Shown one piece after another: positions 1 through 12,309 of a DNA stretch of 64,000 nucleotides (its first letter is position 1; each line of letters opens with the position of its first letter). Both the position numbers and the translations under genes were made by a program. The DNA comes from Amphiscolops sp. MND2022 (taxonomy: Eukaryota). The stretch is taken from contig OZ076409.1 of assembly GCA_964187785.1 (NCBI GenBank), forward strand, positions 91,266,001 to 91,330,000, written 5' to 3'. A model generated the notes under the pieces. The model did not search any database, was not told where the DNA came from, and saw only the letters and a program-made list of their open reading frames with translations.

Positions 1-299
1 TCTCCTTCGTGTGTACAACTTCATGCCTCTTCACCTGACATGGTTTCAGAAAGCGCTTTCCGCAAAAGCTGCATTGATTTTTGACGTCACTGGCAATTTT
101 GCTCTGCTTCCTTCTATCAGCGGGAGGCAGTTCCGCTGAGTCGGGGTCTCGGGTTCGACGACTGAACTTTTTAGCGAAGTTCCGCACAGCTGGGTGTTTG
201 CACTTTAGTTGTACGTGATATGTCAAGGTATTTTTACTGAGAAAATACTTCCCACATAATTTACATTGGAGTGACGTGTCCAAGGTCAACTTCGGAGTC
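1..299 (-). CDS. C2H2 zinc-finger protein, next exon (gene runs off the window)
   Basis: Acceptor ttacag ends at 300. A phase-2 join to the previous exon reads K-TPKLTLDTSLQCKLCGKYFLSKNTLTYHVQLKC...QCSFCGKRFLKPCQVKRHEVVHTKE. Intron is 300-824. Confidence 0.85.
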
Positions 300-824
300 C
301 TGTAACAAATCTTTCAAAATCCGTTTCAAGGATTCAAAATGTTCAACGAAGAAGAATATGCAAAATCGAAACGAAATTCGACAGGTCGGATAATTTGGAA
401 TAAATGGTGAAATAAATGTAGATAGAGGGTGCAACTAGTTTTCATTGTGCTATTGGCCTAGATAATCCAGTCTATCACTATATGGTTTTTTAAAATGCTC
501 TAGGTATATTCTAGATTGACAAAAACGTCTTTTTCAGCTCACTGATTTTCTCATCAAATATTAAATTCAGATGGTTGTGCCATTGACGAGCAGTTTGACG
601 AACGTATCTGTGATACGGTCTTTTAATTTTAAAATTTGTCCGCCAGTTGTTGATGTTTTCGAATGTATTTATGTAAGGAGGTTCTACAGCTTGTAGCGAA
701 TTCACAACCAACTATTCCTTATACCACAGACTCACCCCCAGCATCGTTCATGGGCAAGGAATTTTCACGTTTCTGGCTTTGAAAGCTTAGTCTTTGAATT
801 CAGATAAGTTTCAAGAAAACTTAC

Positions 825-1609
825 TTTTTGCCATTGATGTGTTCCATTTCATGTGACTCGTATTCCGCCAGGAACTCAAAACTCACATCACAGAGCTCAC
901 AAGTGAAAAATTCATCTTTCACATGCGTCATCAAATGCGCTTTCCACTTTGAGATTCTAGTGAAAGACATTTCACAGCGCGAGCAGGTCAATTTAACGAA
1001 CTCATGTTCACTTTGTACTGATCTTTTCTTTTCTCTATCGGGACTGGAATGATATGCAATTTGGTGAAGTTCAAGGTTTTCTTCACAGTTGAAACTGGCA
1101 GAGCAGGTACCACCAGACAAATTACATTTAAACGGTTTTTCTTTCAGATGCTTCTTTCGATGCTTGAAATATTCAACAAAATTGGAGCATTTAGAATTAC
1201 AGAAGGAGCATACGTATGATAGATCAACTGTTTCTTCAGTCGATTCGTCCTTTGGATTTTCATTTGTAGATTGATACTGAGATGTTTCATTGGTTAAAAA
1301 AGTTTGAGTCGCATCAGGAATATCATCGGAGATTCCCATGTTGCACCACTGACTATCAGTGGAAAAACTTTGTAGAATATCACGAATTTGCCATTCATCG
1401 AAACCACTTGCAGCCCACAAAGAATCGAAATTTCCAACATGCGAACTGTTCTCGGCGAAATCGCTGGAAAACATCGTTGATAGAAACCGGGAATCATCCA
1501 TGGAACTCTCATTTGGGAAAAAATAGAAGTTGGAAGATTTAGGATTAAGAACCGAAAAACCAGCATCAGGGGGTTCAGATGCTTCCGTTTTGGACACCAT
1601 GTCAGCCAT
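825..1609 (-). CDS. C2H2 zinc-finger protein, first coding exon
   Basis: The ORF has C2H2 fingers (CSFC..H..H, CSRC..H..H, CELC..H..H). The ATG at 1609 is preceded by a ttttcag acceptor. A GTAAGT donor at 824 is in phase 2. Confidence 0.9.
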
Positions 1610-1912
1610 TTTTCTGAAAAAAATGAATTATCTAAAACGCAAAAATCAGGAGATCAAAAACAACGGAACAAGTTTCTTTCGTCAAAGAACATTGCTGAAA
1701 ATATACTTTGCGAGAAAAACTACTCTACGGAATCGGCCCAAAAAATTTCGAACACAAGCGAAAAAGGCAGTTGGCCGATCCGATCAGTTATTGGCGATAC
1801 ATTCTCATTATCCTCTAAAAATTCCAAACACAGAGGCGAAGACGTGCTTCGCAAACACTTGCGAAGAAAGTTGCGAACTTTTGAAGAGAAAACCAAATAA
1901 GCAGTATCAACC

Positions 1913-2273
1913 TAGAGGAGGGAATAACGTCTAAAGGTCCATCGGGAATAACGTCTAAGGGAATAACATCTAAACTGAAATATTAAGGAATAACGTCTAA
2001 ACAGAGGAATAACGTCTAAAAAGAGGAATAAGGTCTAAACCTGAAAACGGGAATAATTACAAAAAACAGTCCAAAATAGAGAAAAATTGTCAAAATACGT
2101 CTGAAAAACAGAATAACGTGTAAATTACAGAAAAAAGGCCAAAATGCAGAAAATTTGTCAAAATATGTCTGAAAAACGAGAATAACGTCTAAAGTTTTAG
2201 ACGTTATTCCCGAAAAATGATTTGAATTCAGACGTTATTCCCGAATTCAATTTAGACGTTATTCCCGCCCGCC
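1913..2273. mobile_element. MITE with 9-bp TSD (Mutator-like), built from GGAATAACGTCTAAA repeats
   Basis: GTATCAACC flanks both sides (1904-1912 and 2274-2282). Repeated GGAATAACGTCTAAA on the left and inverted TTTAGACGTTATTCCC on the right. Confidence 0.75.
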
Positions 2274-3166
2274 GTATCAACCAAGGGTAAAAGGTGTACG
2301 CGCCGACGCTATTCGGTTTGACAAGTTACAGAGGTAATTCACGTCTTTCGCTGTCGTCCAATGGCGGACCACTCGAAATATTCGAGACGAAACAGGAACT
2401 TTTCATCTTAACGCGGTGAGTTTCTTTGATAATTTTTAATGCCTTATCACCTCTTCAAGAACTCGCCCACTCGTAACTTGATTATCAGATTCACAAGGAA
2501 GGAACCTGTCGTTCCCTAACTTTGTTTTCCTCTATCAGATATCATGGATCTTCGTCATCAATCAAGTGCCATGTGTATCATCATGTTGGGGGGAGAAGAC
2601 ACACAACCATGGTCTGCAACGAAAGTAGGGAACCCCATACCAGCCACTATCCCAGGAGCAAAAAGAAACAACCAACAAACTACTCATACCAGTCACTATC
2701 ACAGTCGACCGGTAGAATTTCCTTTTAAAGCTGCAATCATATAGAGGTTTGAAAAAAATTAGCTATATACAATAAATTTCTTCGATCTCATCTCTGTCGC
2801 TCACAGTTCCTAGAACACAGGCCCCATTGAGGTGGCTCTAAATAGGTCGAATTTTTCAGGTCGAAAGGACAGAGGTCGAACATTTTGATCGAATTGCAGG
2901 GATCGAATGGAATGCGGTCGAATTTTATCGTATTTATTGTATGGCTCGGTCGCTTCGCTCCCTTCGCCAGGGTCAGGGACATTTCGTCACCAGCCATTTG
3001 GGCGACAATATGGCGTCGGTCACATGGGCGACAAAAGTGTCGACCAAATGGGTTGATCAAATTGATCAATTTACTGATATATTCAAAGAGGTTAGCATAT
3101 TTGTTGTATGGCTCGGTCGCTTCGCTCCCTTCGCCAAGTAGCAACATTGAGGCATGGCCATATGGC

Positions 3167-5020
3167 CAGGGAGTACGATACCACCCTATTTCTGGTATCG
3201 GTATCGGTCCGTTTTTTTGAAGTATCGGTATCGGAATCGTTTCAATCTGAAATTCGGTATCGGTATCGAAAAAAAGTATCGTTTTATCAAAAAACGGAGA
3301 AAAAGTATCGGAAACATTTAAACTAACATCACGTCTTACATCATATCAAGTGTTGGCATTTATTCAAAAACACGTTTCGTGAGTGGTTATCAGGGCTCAT
3401 TTGGCATTGCAAATAGTTCTTGGAGAGCCGTCCCCAAGAAAAAAGACGCTCTGCGTCGACATTTGCAGGAATAAACCCATCGAGCGCGTCTATTATATCA
3501 AATTCACTGGAATTTTGACATTGGTCCTTAAAAGTTTTATAACTTGAACTGGCATCAGCTCCATATGAGTGCTCTGTGTCCTCAACAACTGGCATTTTCT
3601 TACGTCTTATGTAGTCGTAGAAGGTGCCATCACCGTGTAACAGCGCATCAGCCACTTGATTTGGGCGGATCCACTTGTCCCAAACTGTCTTAATCGCTTT
3701 TCCCAGCAAATCATTACTCAAAGATTTCTGTCTTAGGAATTTAAGGATACTAACTGCTGTTTTTACATTAGCCTTCGAATCTTGTAGATCCATGGTACAT
3801 TCCTTAAGAGGCTTTAACAGATTGATCAACTCAGAGACCTTGGCCCAATCAAAATTCAAAAAATCCTTACCCTGTATATTTTGTGCGGCTTTGAGTCGAT
3901 CGCACAAAGTTGGCTTAGACAAAATATCCTTTACGGTACTGCGAACTTTCAAAATGATATCAGAGTAGTTGAGTCGATACCTTGAGTCGGTGATGAATTC
4001 AAAGTCATCTTCATCAGCAAAATCATCAAAGTTTTCGATTAGTAGACGCTTTACAATCAGATTTATGATGTGACACAGGCAAGGAAAATTGAATATATCA
4101 GCATCTTGTGCCACTTTTTGCACGTCGGAGCCACAGTCTGTCACCATGTAATCCATATCGGACAACTCTAACCCGAAAATCTTTAGCCGCTCACCGAGAT
4201 GGTTGATTATATCGGACGATCTACAAACGCCTTCATAATGGATAAGACCAAGACAGTATTTAGTGACTTTATGGTACACGTAAACGCCAATAAACTTGTT
4301 ATCGCCTATCGCAGTCCATTTATCGAAGGTGATTGAGACATTTTAGACACCGCACGGTGATATAGTTCTTCAAGATAGCAGTTCAACGACTGATACGTAA
4401 CCTTATCATAGTTTAATTTTTCAAACATAGTCTTCAGCTGGGCAGAGTTTGCAACCTTTGTGATCGGGAAATTGTCCACATATACAAGCTTTGCAATGAT
4501 AGAATATCCTTTCTTCTCCGGTGCACCGACCTTGAATGGCAGTATACCTTGGTTTGAAACCATCCGCTTCTTACAAGATCGGATGTGCTTGCGCATGTTG
4601 GTTGTGTTTCCAGAACTCTCAATAACGCATCCACAGTCTCGGCATTTGCGTCGGGTTGTTTTCCTGCCATCTATAAATTCAATAAAAAACCTCCTGTTAA
4701 CATCGGTTTCTTTTATCGGTAGCCGCCAATCACCGCCAGAGTTTATTTGTTCCACATCTGAATCACCTGCACCGATTGTTGTTAACTCATCATCAGAGCT
4801 CAAATCTGATTCCATTCGGTTATCTGAAATAGATGACAAATGTTTAGGTGTATTTGAATAGTTGAATATTATTATGAATTAATCATTATTATCAGGAAAA
4901 ATTTTGGGAAATTGGTATCGGTATCGGTATCGAAGTATCGTCGCTCTCAAAAGTATCGGTATCGAGTATCGATATATCGATACTATCGTTCGATACTATC
5001 GATATGTATCGCAGTCCCTG
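3167..5020 (-). mobile_element. hAT DNA transposon (decayed)
   Basis: Perfect 8-bp TSD CATATGGC (3159-3166 and 5021-5028). TIR CAGGGAGTACGATAC / GTATCGCAGTCCCTG. GGTATC subterminal repeats. Encodes a transposase. Confidence 0.92.
3341..4839 (-). pseudogene. hAT transposase, frameshifted and probably internally deleted
   Basis: BED finger (CRDC..SGNTTNMRKHIRSC). First catalytic Asp in SITFDKWT after a frameshift near 4340. Also VTDCGSD, CLCHIINL (CxxH) and C-terminal AERLFS. Confidence 0.88.
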
Positions 5021-5999
5021 CATATGGCACGTCGCTCCGCTTCGCTTCGCTCCTGCATTTAGGGCACTAGGGGTAGGTGAACATATTTGACAGGACATTT
5101 GGGCGACATTTTTGTCGCCGAAATGGTTACCAGTCACTTGGCTTAAAACCATTTGGCTTAATTTTTTCGTCGAGTCATTTGGCCTAAAAATTTTAAGCCA
5201 AGTGACCACAAAATTAAGCCAACTCCATTCCAACTCAAGGAATAAATATGTCAACTCTCGGAATTATCATAATGTGGGGCATATGCGGTGTATGCACGCT
5301 CGCCCTCACCGTTGCAAAGACCAGCTCCCACTACGATCGCTTCGCGATCTTCGTTCCCGCAAGGTCTTTGCTCCTGTTCGACCTCGCTTAGCAAGATGGG
5401 AATATAGGCGGCCCCAAGGGGCCGCAGGGCACTAGAGATAATGGGGACATATCCGAGGGGTACTTGATATGTCGTTATAATAATACGCTGACTACGTTAT
5501 GAAGATAAATTCGACGAAATCTGCCACGTGTTTTCAACTAAGTGGTTTTAAGTCAAATGACTTTAAGCTAAGTGACCAATACCCGAGACACTTAGCTTAA
5601 AAAAATTGAGCCAAGTGACCAATTGTATTAAGCCAAGTGACCATTTACCGCCGAAATGGGCAGAAATTTCTGTCGCCCAAATGGCTGGTGACGAAATGTT
5701 CCTGCTCCCTTCGCCAAGTGGCAACATTGAGGCATGGCCATATGGCACGTCGCTCCGCTTCGGTTCGCTCCTGCATTCAGGGCACTAGGGGTATGTGAAC
5801 ATATCTGACTACGTTACAAAAATTTCGATCCGAGTTGTTTCGATCCCATTCAAAAATTTGGTATGTCGACCTGAGGACTTACTCTGATTTTCGATCCCGT
5901 TCCTTCGACCTATTTCCGCCCACCCGCCGCATTGCCCATCTAAGAGCCATTGAAATCCGCCGCTGCCAGCGGATGATCGTTGTGCGAACGACAGAGCAT

Positions 6000-6720
6000 T
6001 TTACAGAGACGCGTGATGAAAATTTCACTGCTGTCGCCTAAAGAACCCTGTACTTCCAAGGCCACCGGATGAAATGTATCCATTGTCTATTAATTCGCGA
6101 TACTTCTCAATATTCCGCGCTTCAGCCTCGGTGGCGGTGGTTTCCGGGTTACATAAAGAGCCTTGATTCACGCGACTGGGTGCAAGAGCATCCACAACAG
6201 TGACATCCCACAACAGCAGTTTACCCATTTCCCACGGAATCATGGTAACACCGTCTGGGCGTTTGCCATCGGTTTGTTACAGTCTACGCGGTTCGAGCAT
6301 TGAAGGCAAGCCGAGAGATCCCAACGTCTGCTTTATGAGAGAATTGAGAGTAGCATGACGTGAGAAGCGACCAGCACTCTTGGTGCAAAAAAGACCGTGT
6401 AAACTGTCCCGTTCAACTCTTTTACCACAGTGGCACGTATGCGCAACACAGATATTGGCCCGAGACGCAAACTGAAATCCGAAGCTGCTGATCATCAAGT
6501 TTCAAACCTAGGTTCTTGCAAGGAACGACGTTGAGCCATTGAGACCCGAATTTGCTTTGATGAGCGTCAAAAACTTTCGAACGTTTGTCATCCATTCTAG
6601 AAATCGAATCTTTGGAGTTTTGACGTAGACATGTTGTGTCCAAGTTTTCAGGGTTCTATCAAGAAGACGTTCCTACCCATTCGTCAAACTCAACCCTTTC
6701 GCAAGCGCTTTTGTGAACGT
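6000..6720 (-). mobile_element. 3' fragment of an RLE-endonuclease non-LTR retrotransposon (CRE-like)
   Basis: CHCG..HGLFC zinc knuckle, RH motif (FSRHATLN) and DGKRPDG..WDVT..AEARNIEKY restriction-like endonuclease motifs, spread over broken frames. Confidence 0.8.
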
Positions 6721-7057
6721 AGACACACGTCAAAAACAGCCTAATTGTTGTGATAAACTTATTAAATAGTTTCAGAGACGTTGATTGGAATCGTGAACAC
6801 ATCTGGTTGCTAAACACATCTTCAGATCTCGAGGACCTGGATTGGACCTTAACTGGTTGCAAACGGCTACAAGGAATTGACTGCTTGCAGACCTGGATTG
6901 GACCTTGACTGGTTTGCAAAAAGGCTACAGGCTCAATTATATTCTGTTAGTTCGTTCCTTTATCTATCCTAATCTATCAATACAGGCCGTGTGCTCTTCC
7001 CTCCCTTGTTACAACCGTGCCTGAAAAAAATCCAGACTCAATTCAAACTCAGATAAC

Positions 7058-8281
7058 AAATGCCAAAAATGCCAAGAAAATTTTCCACATGATAACAATC
7101 ACTGCATCGGATGTGACAGTTGCAATGGTTGGTATCACGCATCATGTGCCGACATTGAAGTGGAATATCTTCCTATTATCTCTAAATACAGTTCTCTTTT
7201 CTGGGATTGCAATAAATGCCAGCCAGTTCTTGACGTTGTGACTTCGAAGATTTTCATCTCGAGCATGGACAAAATCCTTCGTGAGCAAGAGTCGAAGTTT
7301 GCAGAGAATCATAAACTTCTACTGGAGATTACTAAACAACAAGAGGTTAACAAACAGAAAATTGAAGAAAATTTAACTATAGCAGAGGACGCCAAATCCA
7401 AGATATCATATCTCAAGCCACAAACAGAAGCCTTGAACGAATCTGAATGCAATCAACGTGCATATGCTGATGTAGTCAAACCCAAGCTGCAAATGAAGTG
7501 ACCAAAGAACGTAGAAAAAACAGAAAGAGACCCGGAAATAATCCTTATAGCTAATCCGACAAAAAGCTTTCGGGATAGTATGGCAATCAAAAAAAAATTT
7601 GCAAAATATTTCCCACTGAAAAGACTGGTGTATGCGTTCAATACGGCCCGTGGAAATATTCATCTTCAGTTTATGTCACCTGAATAGGCGTCGGAAAAAC
7701 TCAATAAATGGAACAAAAACTGCTTCGATGAAAAAACTCAGATAAGGAAAGCTAATCAACCTGAGAGGCCCCTCAGAGCAGTTTTGATTCGTGATGTTCC
7801 AACAGAGTTGTCTGAGCAAGATATAATTGACTCCATCGAAGAAACTTACCCGGATTCAACTGCTACGCGATTTGTGAAAAAAGACCGAACTCCGTTGGGT
7901 ACGGTCAAAATAGTATTCAAATTGGGCCAACTGCATGAGAAAGCACTTAATAAAGGCATTTGTGTTGACAACATCTACTACAGAACAAAAATTCATTCAA
8001 CAGGAATTCAAATTATACGCTGCTTCAAATGTCAAAAATTTGGACATATTAGTATGAACAGTAAGTCTGACATAGCGTGTGGACACTGCACCGGTATTCA
8101 CAAATACAAAGATTGCACTATGAAATACGTGGCCCCCAAATGCGTCAATTGCAGCGAAGCTCACACAACTGACTCAACAAGCTGCACAGCCTATCTCAGG
8201 CAATTAAGAACGGTATACAATGCACGCGGAGTAGAAATACCAATCTCTGTCAAAAAACGTGTCGCTTCCCTGTATGTATAG
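7058..8281 (+). pseudogene. LINE ORF1: PHD finger, coiled coil and three CCHC knuckles
   Basis: CQKC..CDSCNGWYHASC..WDCNKC at the N-terminus. CFKCQKFGH, CGHCTGIH..C and CVNCSEAH..C at the C-terminus. Interrupted by stops or frameshifts. Confidence 0.85.
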
Positions 8282-11200
8282 ACGAAACATCAAGTTATCC
8301 CAGATTAACATTTGTGGAATGAGCAACCATAGTCAGATCGCTCTGAATAAAATCATCAACATTACGAATCCGTATGTCTTATGCATCAATGAAATGAAAA
8401 ACGACATGACTAGCGATAAATTCGATAATTACACCGTGGTATCAGCTATCAATGGAAACAACAGCCAAGGTGTTGCCATGCTTATACATTCCAGCCTTCC
8501 TTATCTACGAATATATGATCTCGAAAATATTCATTTTGACAGCATTTGGATTGTGACTGTTTTAAATGGAAAAAAGGTTGTCATCGGCACCGCATATTAT
8601 CAACCCAACCCTCCAGAAAAAATGCAACTTTTCATAGAGTCTCCAGGGATCTTGAAGTCCTATTGTATATCTAATGCGTTAGATGGAGTAATTTTCATTG
8701 GCGATTGCAACGCCCCAAATGTCGCTTGGGGTGACAACACTGATAACTTACATGGAACCCTCCTTGAAGATTACATTGGAACTGATTTCGCCATCTTGAA
8801 TGGACCTGAGTCCACTTTTTTGGCCAAAAAGGTATAAAGTGTAATTGATCTGATTTTTTGTTGGTGCTCTTTATGTGACATTCCTCAAAGAAGCTCAGTA
8901 GAGAAGGATGTTGAGCTTTTTTCGGGTGCTCCAATTGGAGGCCACATACCAGTCACAGTAAAATTCGAGTCAGTATCTGAAGCCATAACAACGAAGTCTA
9001 AACCATGGAATGAAAAAGCCGATTGGGACAATTGGTCGTTGTTTCTGGAGCAGAATAGCTACACTGTTCCCAGCAATCAAGCTGATGAACTCTGGACATT
9101 CACTAAGTCGCTTATCGCCCACGCCTCACAGTGTTTTATTCCCTCAAAAACTGTATAGAAACATAGCAATCCTTTCTGGAATACCAAGCAGGAAGAGGCA
9201 ACTAAATCATTGCGGGAAGCAAGAAAAAAATTCAAACGCAGTTCCAATAACTCGAATGGCGAAGATTTGAAAGAAAAGAGTGAGCTTTTCAAAGATTTTT
9301 TTAGCGAGTCTGCATCAACGTGGATACGTAATCAACTAGAGCAGCTTGGGCACAAAAATAGTAGAGAATTCTGGAAATGTCATAAAAGACTATTCAAAGA
9401 TAAGTTTGAGAATATTGGCATTGTCAGAAACAAAAATGGCGAGCTTCTGTGCGATCCAATGTCTCTTTCACAAGAATTTCGCAAAACTTTTTTCGAAGGC
9501 AGGCTACTTGAAGGAAACGATTTCTATGACTGGCAACCAACTGTTGATTACACTATACCTGAGTTATCGCATGAACTTGACCGTGATTTTAGTATGGTCG
9601 AACTAAATGATGCCTTGAAAAATTGCAGATCTTCTTCATTTGACAATGACATGGTTCATGTTACCACGCTGAAAAAACTGGGAGCCAACATGAAAATATT
9701 ATTGTTCTTCCTCTTCAACACATCTTGGATCACATCCACACGGCCTTGGAACATATCTAGGATCACTCTTATAAAAAGCCGGGAAAGAAATCCTACGAAC
9801 AATGCTCCAGCTATAGAACATTATCTATTTCTAGCCATGTTGGAAAGTTATTTGAGAGAATGATTTCTGCTAGACTGGAGCTTTACCTCGAAACTCACAA
9901 AATCCTTGATGAAGAACAAGAAGGTTTCAGGACTCATCGGAGCACTACCCGTTCTTTGTATTGTATGCATCTCGTATTAGAGGAAGCAAAGCGCTCAAAA
10001 AAGCCGACTGCACTACTGAATATTGATCTGGAAAAGGCCTTTGATAGCATTTGGGTCCAAGGTCTGTTTTTTAAGCTTGAACCGGTGAATTTGCCCCACA
10101 GGCTGCTATGTATCATATCATCCTTTCTTAGCAATCGGAAGAGATTCATTGATATCAACGGCCATTACACTGAATTTTTCGATATTAATGTTGGTCTCCC
10201 CCAAGGCAGTGTGCTTTCCCCTCTTCTTTTTATTTTTTACCTCAGTGACTTCTTATCCGAAATCGAGGTAAAGTTCAAATTTGCAGATGAGAGCTCGGCT
10301 ATTATCTCTGCTTTTAACACAGATACCTTACATTCAGCTCTACAAGCTATTTGTCATAATATAGCGTTTTGGTGCAAAAAGTGGAGAATGGTAGTCAATG
10401 TGTCTAAAACTGAGCTACTTCTTTTGAATTGCTTGGCTGACAACACTGAGCCAATCCTTTTCAACGGGGAGCGATGCAAGACGAAGCAAACTACTAAACC
10501 TTTGGGCTTAACTATAGACACTAACCTCACCTATAGAGAGCATACATCTATTACGGCCTCGAAAGCTTTAACTAGTTGGAGGCTGCTTAAGAGTAAATGC
10601 TCTAGCAGGTGGGCCCTCAATATACCAACACAAGCCTATCTGTATAAAATTATAATCAGACCACAGTTAATATATGCGGAGCCGATGTGGGCCCAAAGAA
10701 ACTATGCAAGCCTACAGATTGTACAAAATCGAATCATTCGTTCCATAATGAAACAAAGCATGTCTCCAAAGATAACAGCTATTGAAGTGTTGATGGGGCT
10801 TCCTCCTATAGATCTTTATTGTTCTTCAATTGAAATGAAATTTTTATTCAAAGCAGTCAATAAAGATGATTTAGTTACCGCGACGCATGTCAAAACAATG
10901 ACAAGACCCAGTAGTCTCGCCTCCCTTCTAAGCAAACTGAGAAAATTTGAAAGAACTCATATGTCTCATTCTTACACTCGGGACTCCATCAATGCCTTCA
11001 TCACGGATAACTGGAACCGCAGATGGAACAGTCCGTATAATGACAATTTCCTCAAGAATTTCATTTCCAACTTACCACAGGAAATGATTCATTCACCTTT
11101 ACTGGACGGAAACCCTTTGATTGCCAATGTGATAAGCAATATTCTCATCGGAAGCTCACGAAGATTAGCTGAAAACTTATGGAAACTGAGCCGCACTCCA

Positions 11201-11385
11201 TCGCCCATGTGAATTTGCGGAACGTCAGAGAACAGCTACCACTATTTCTTCTATTGTCCAAATGATTGTAATTTCAGACCCTTTCATCGCAATTCTCTTA
11301 ATCTTTCCATCTCTGATGACTGTGCGATTATTACAAATTTCATCTCCGGTACAAATATTATGTATTGTACTGAAACTGCCGTAGG
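8259..11385 (+). pseudogene. LINE ORF2: AP endonuclease, reverse transcriptase and C-terminal Cys motif
   Basis: QINICG, CINE and GDCNA (APE). QEGFR, DLEKAFDSI, GLPQGSVLSPLLF and FADE (RT, with an altered YADD box). Several frameshifts and stops. Confidence 0.92.
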
Positions 11386-11483
11386 CGATCCTGCCTAATA
11401 TGTATGCATATAATATATTGTAACTGTTCTTGAATTGTTCTGTTTCGTACCTGCCCGCAAAGAGGGGCTTCATTCTAGATTTT

Positions 11484-11493
11484 ATATACATAC

Positions 11494-11582
<89 letters not shown>
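11484..11582. repeat. (TA)n/(TG)n microsatellite at the LINE 3' end
   Basis: Directly visible dinucleotide run. Confidence 0.95.
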
Positions 11583-11583
<1 letters not shown>

Positions 11584-11745
11584 TGATCTCGGTGACATTT
11601 TAGAGTAATTTTGGTTGATAACATGACATTTTAAAGTGCCCATATTGATATCGATGACATTTTAAGATGGCCATATCTACCAACTTGATAGCTTTAAAAT
11701 GTCATCAAGAGCTATCTAGTTTCTTGATATCAATGACATTTTAGA
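11582..11745. repeat. TGACATTTTA-motif repeat cluster (probable MITE part); the motif recurs at 25715-25740
   Basis: Four direct copies and one inverted copy of (G/A)TGACATTTTA. Confidence 0.6.
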
Positions 11746-12147
11746 TATTTCTCTCGAAAGCACGCGGGCGAGAAAAAAATTGCGAAAATGTTCAAGATAA
11801 AGACCAGCGTCCAGAGAGTGTAATAATGTATAAAAGAGAAAACCATATTTGAATAATTCATCTTTCAATATTTCTATCCGCATACCAAAGTCACCGAAAG
11901 TTACCTCTTTTGAAGCAAGATCGTTTGAGCGCTAAACAATAACAATACACGAGCGGAAGCGCAAACAAAAAATTGTCATTGTGTCAACTGGTTTGTTCTC
12001 GAAAAAATTTAAGTAGTTTTCATTAGTAGTCCTGGAATTTGTTTGCGAATATTTAAATATTTAACAGATGTTTCAATAATTATTCAATCCGCTCTCAACA
12101 GGCAACCCTGGCCTATAAAATGCTTCATCGTTACTCTATTGTGCTTT

Positions 12148-12272
12148 TTTAGAGGGGGTCATCTATAGAGCGTGGTCATATTTAGAGGGGGGTCATTACT
12201 GGAGGGGGGTCATTTTTAGAGGGTTGTCACATTTAGAGGGTGGTCATAATTAGAGGGGGGTCATATTTAGAG
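12148..12272. repeat. Tandem ~20-bp repeat TTTAGAGGGGGGTCAT
   Basis: About 6-7 degenerate copies. Confidence 0.85.
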
Positions 12273-12309
12273 AGTTTAGCAAATTCCTTTCGGAAAGTAA
12301 GATGGGGGT

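Larger units (their letters stand above)
2974..5704. mobile_element. Middle non-autonomous TIR element
   Basis: About 34-bp TIR: CAGGGACATTTCGTCACCAGCCATTTGGGCGACA versus TGTCGCCCAAATGGCTGGTGACGAAATGTTCCTG. Confidence 0.75.
2831..5949. mobile_element. Outer non-autonomous TIR element (GGTCGAA/TTCGACC subterminal repeats) hosting nested insertions
   Basis: Imperfect TIR TGGCTCTAAATAGG / CCATCTAAGAGCCA. (G/A)TCGAA repeats at 2845-2925 are mirrored by TTCGA(T/C)C repeats at 5823-5912. The TSD is not clear. Confidence 0.5.
6730..11483 (+). mobile_element. Near full-length decayed LINE (APE + RT; I/Jockey-group-like)
   Basis: 5' UTR with a duplicated ~40-mer (6834-6932), then ORF1 and ORF2, ending at a (TA)n tract. 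The 5' boundary is approximate. Confidence 0.9.

Noticed and set aside
1530..1934. 134-aa plus-strand ORF
   Set aside because: It overlaps the zinc-finger gene antisense, runs into a MITE and has no domain.
2361..2744. Possible divergent plus-strand gene (GTGAGT donor at ~2416, acceptor at ~2538, 66-aa ORF)
   Set aside because: Splice-like signals exist, but the peptide has no recognisable motif and there is no further support.
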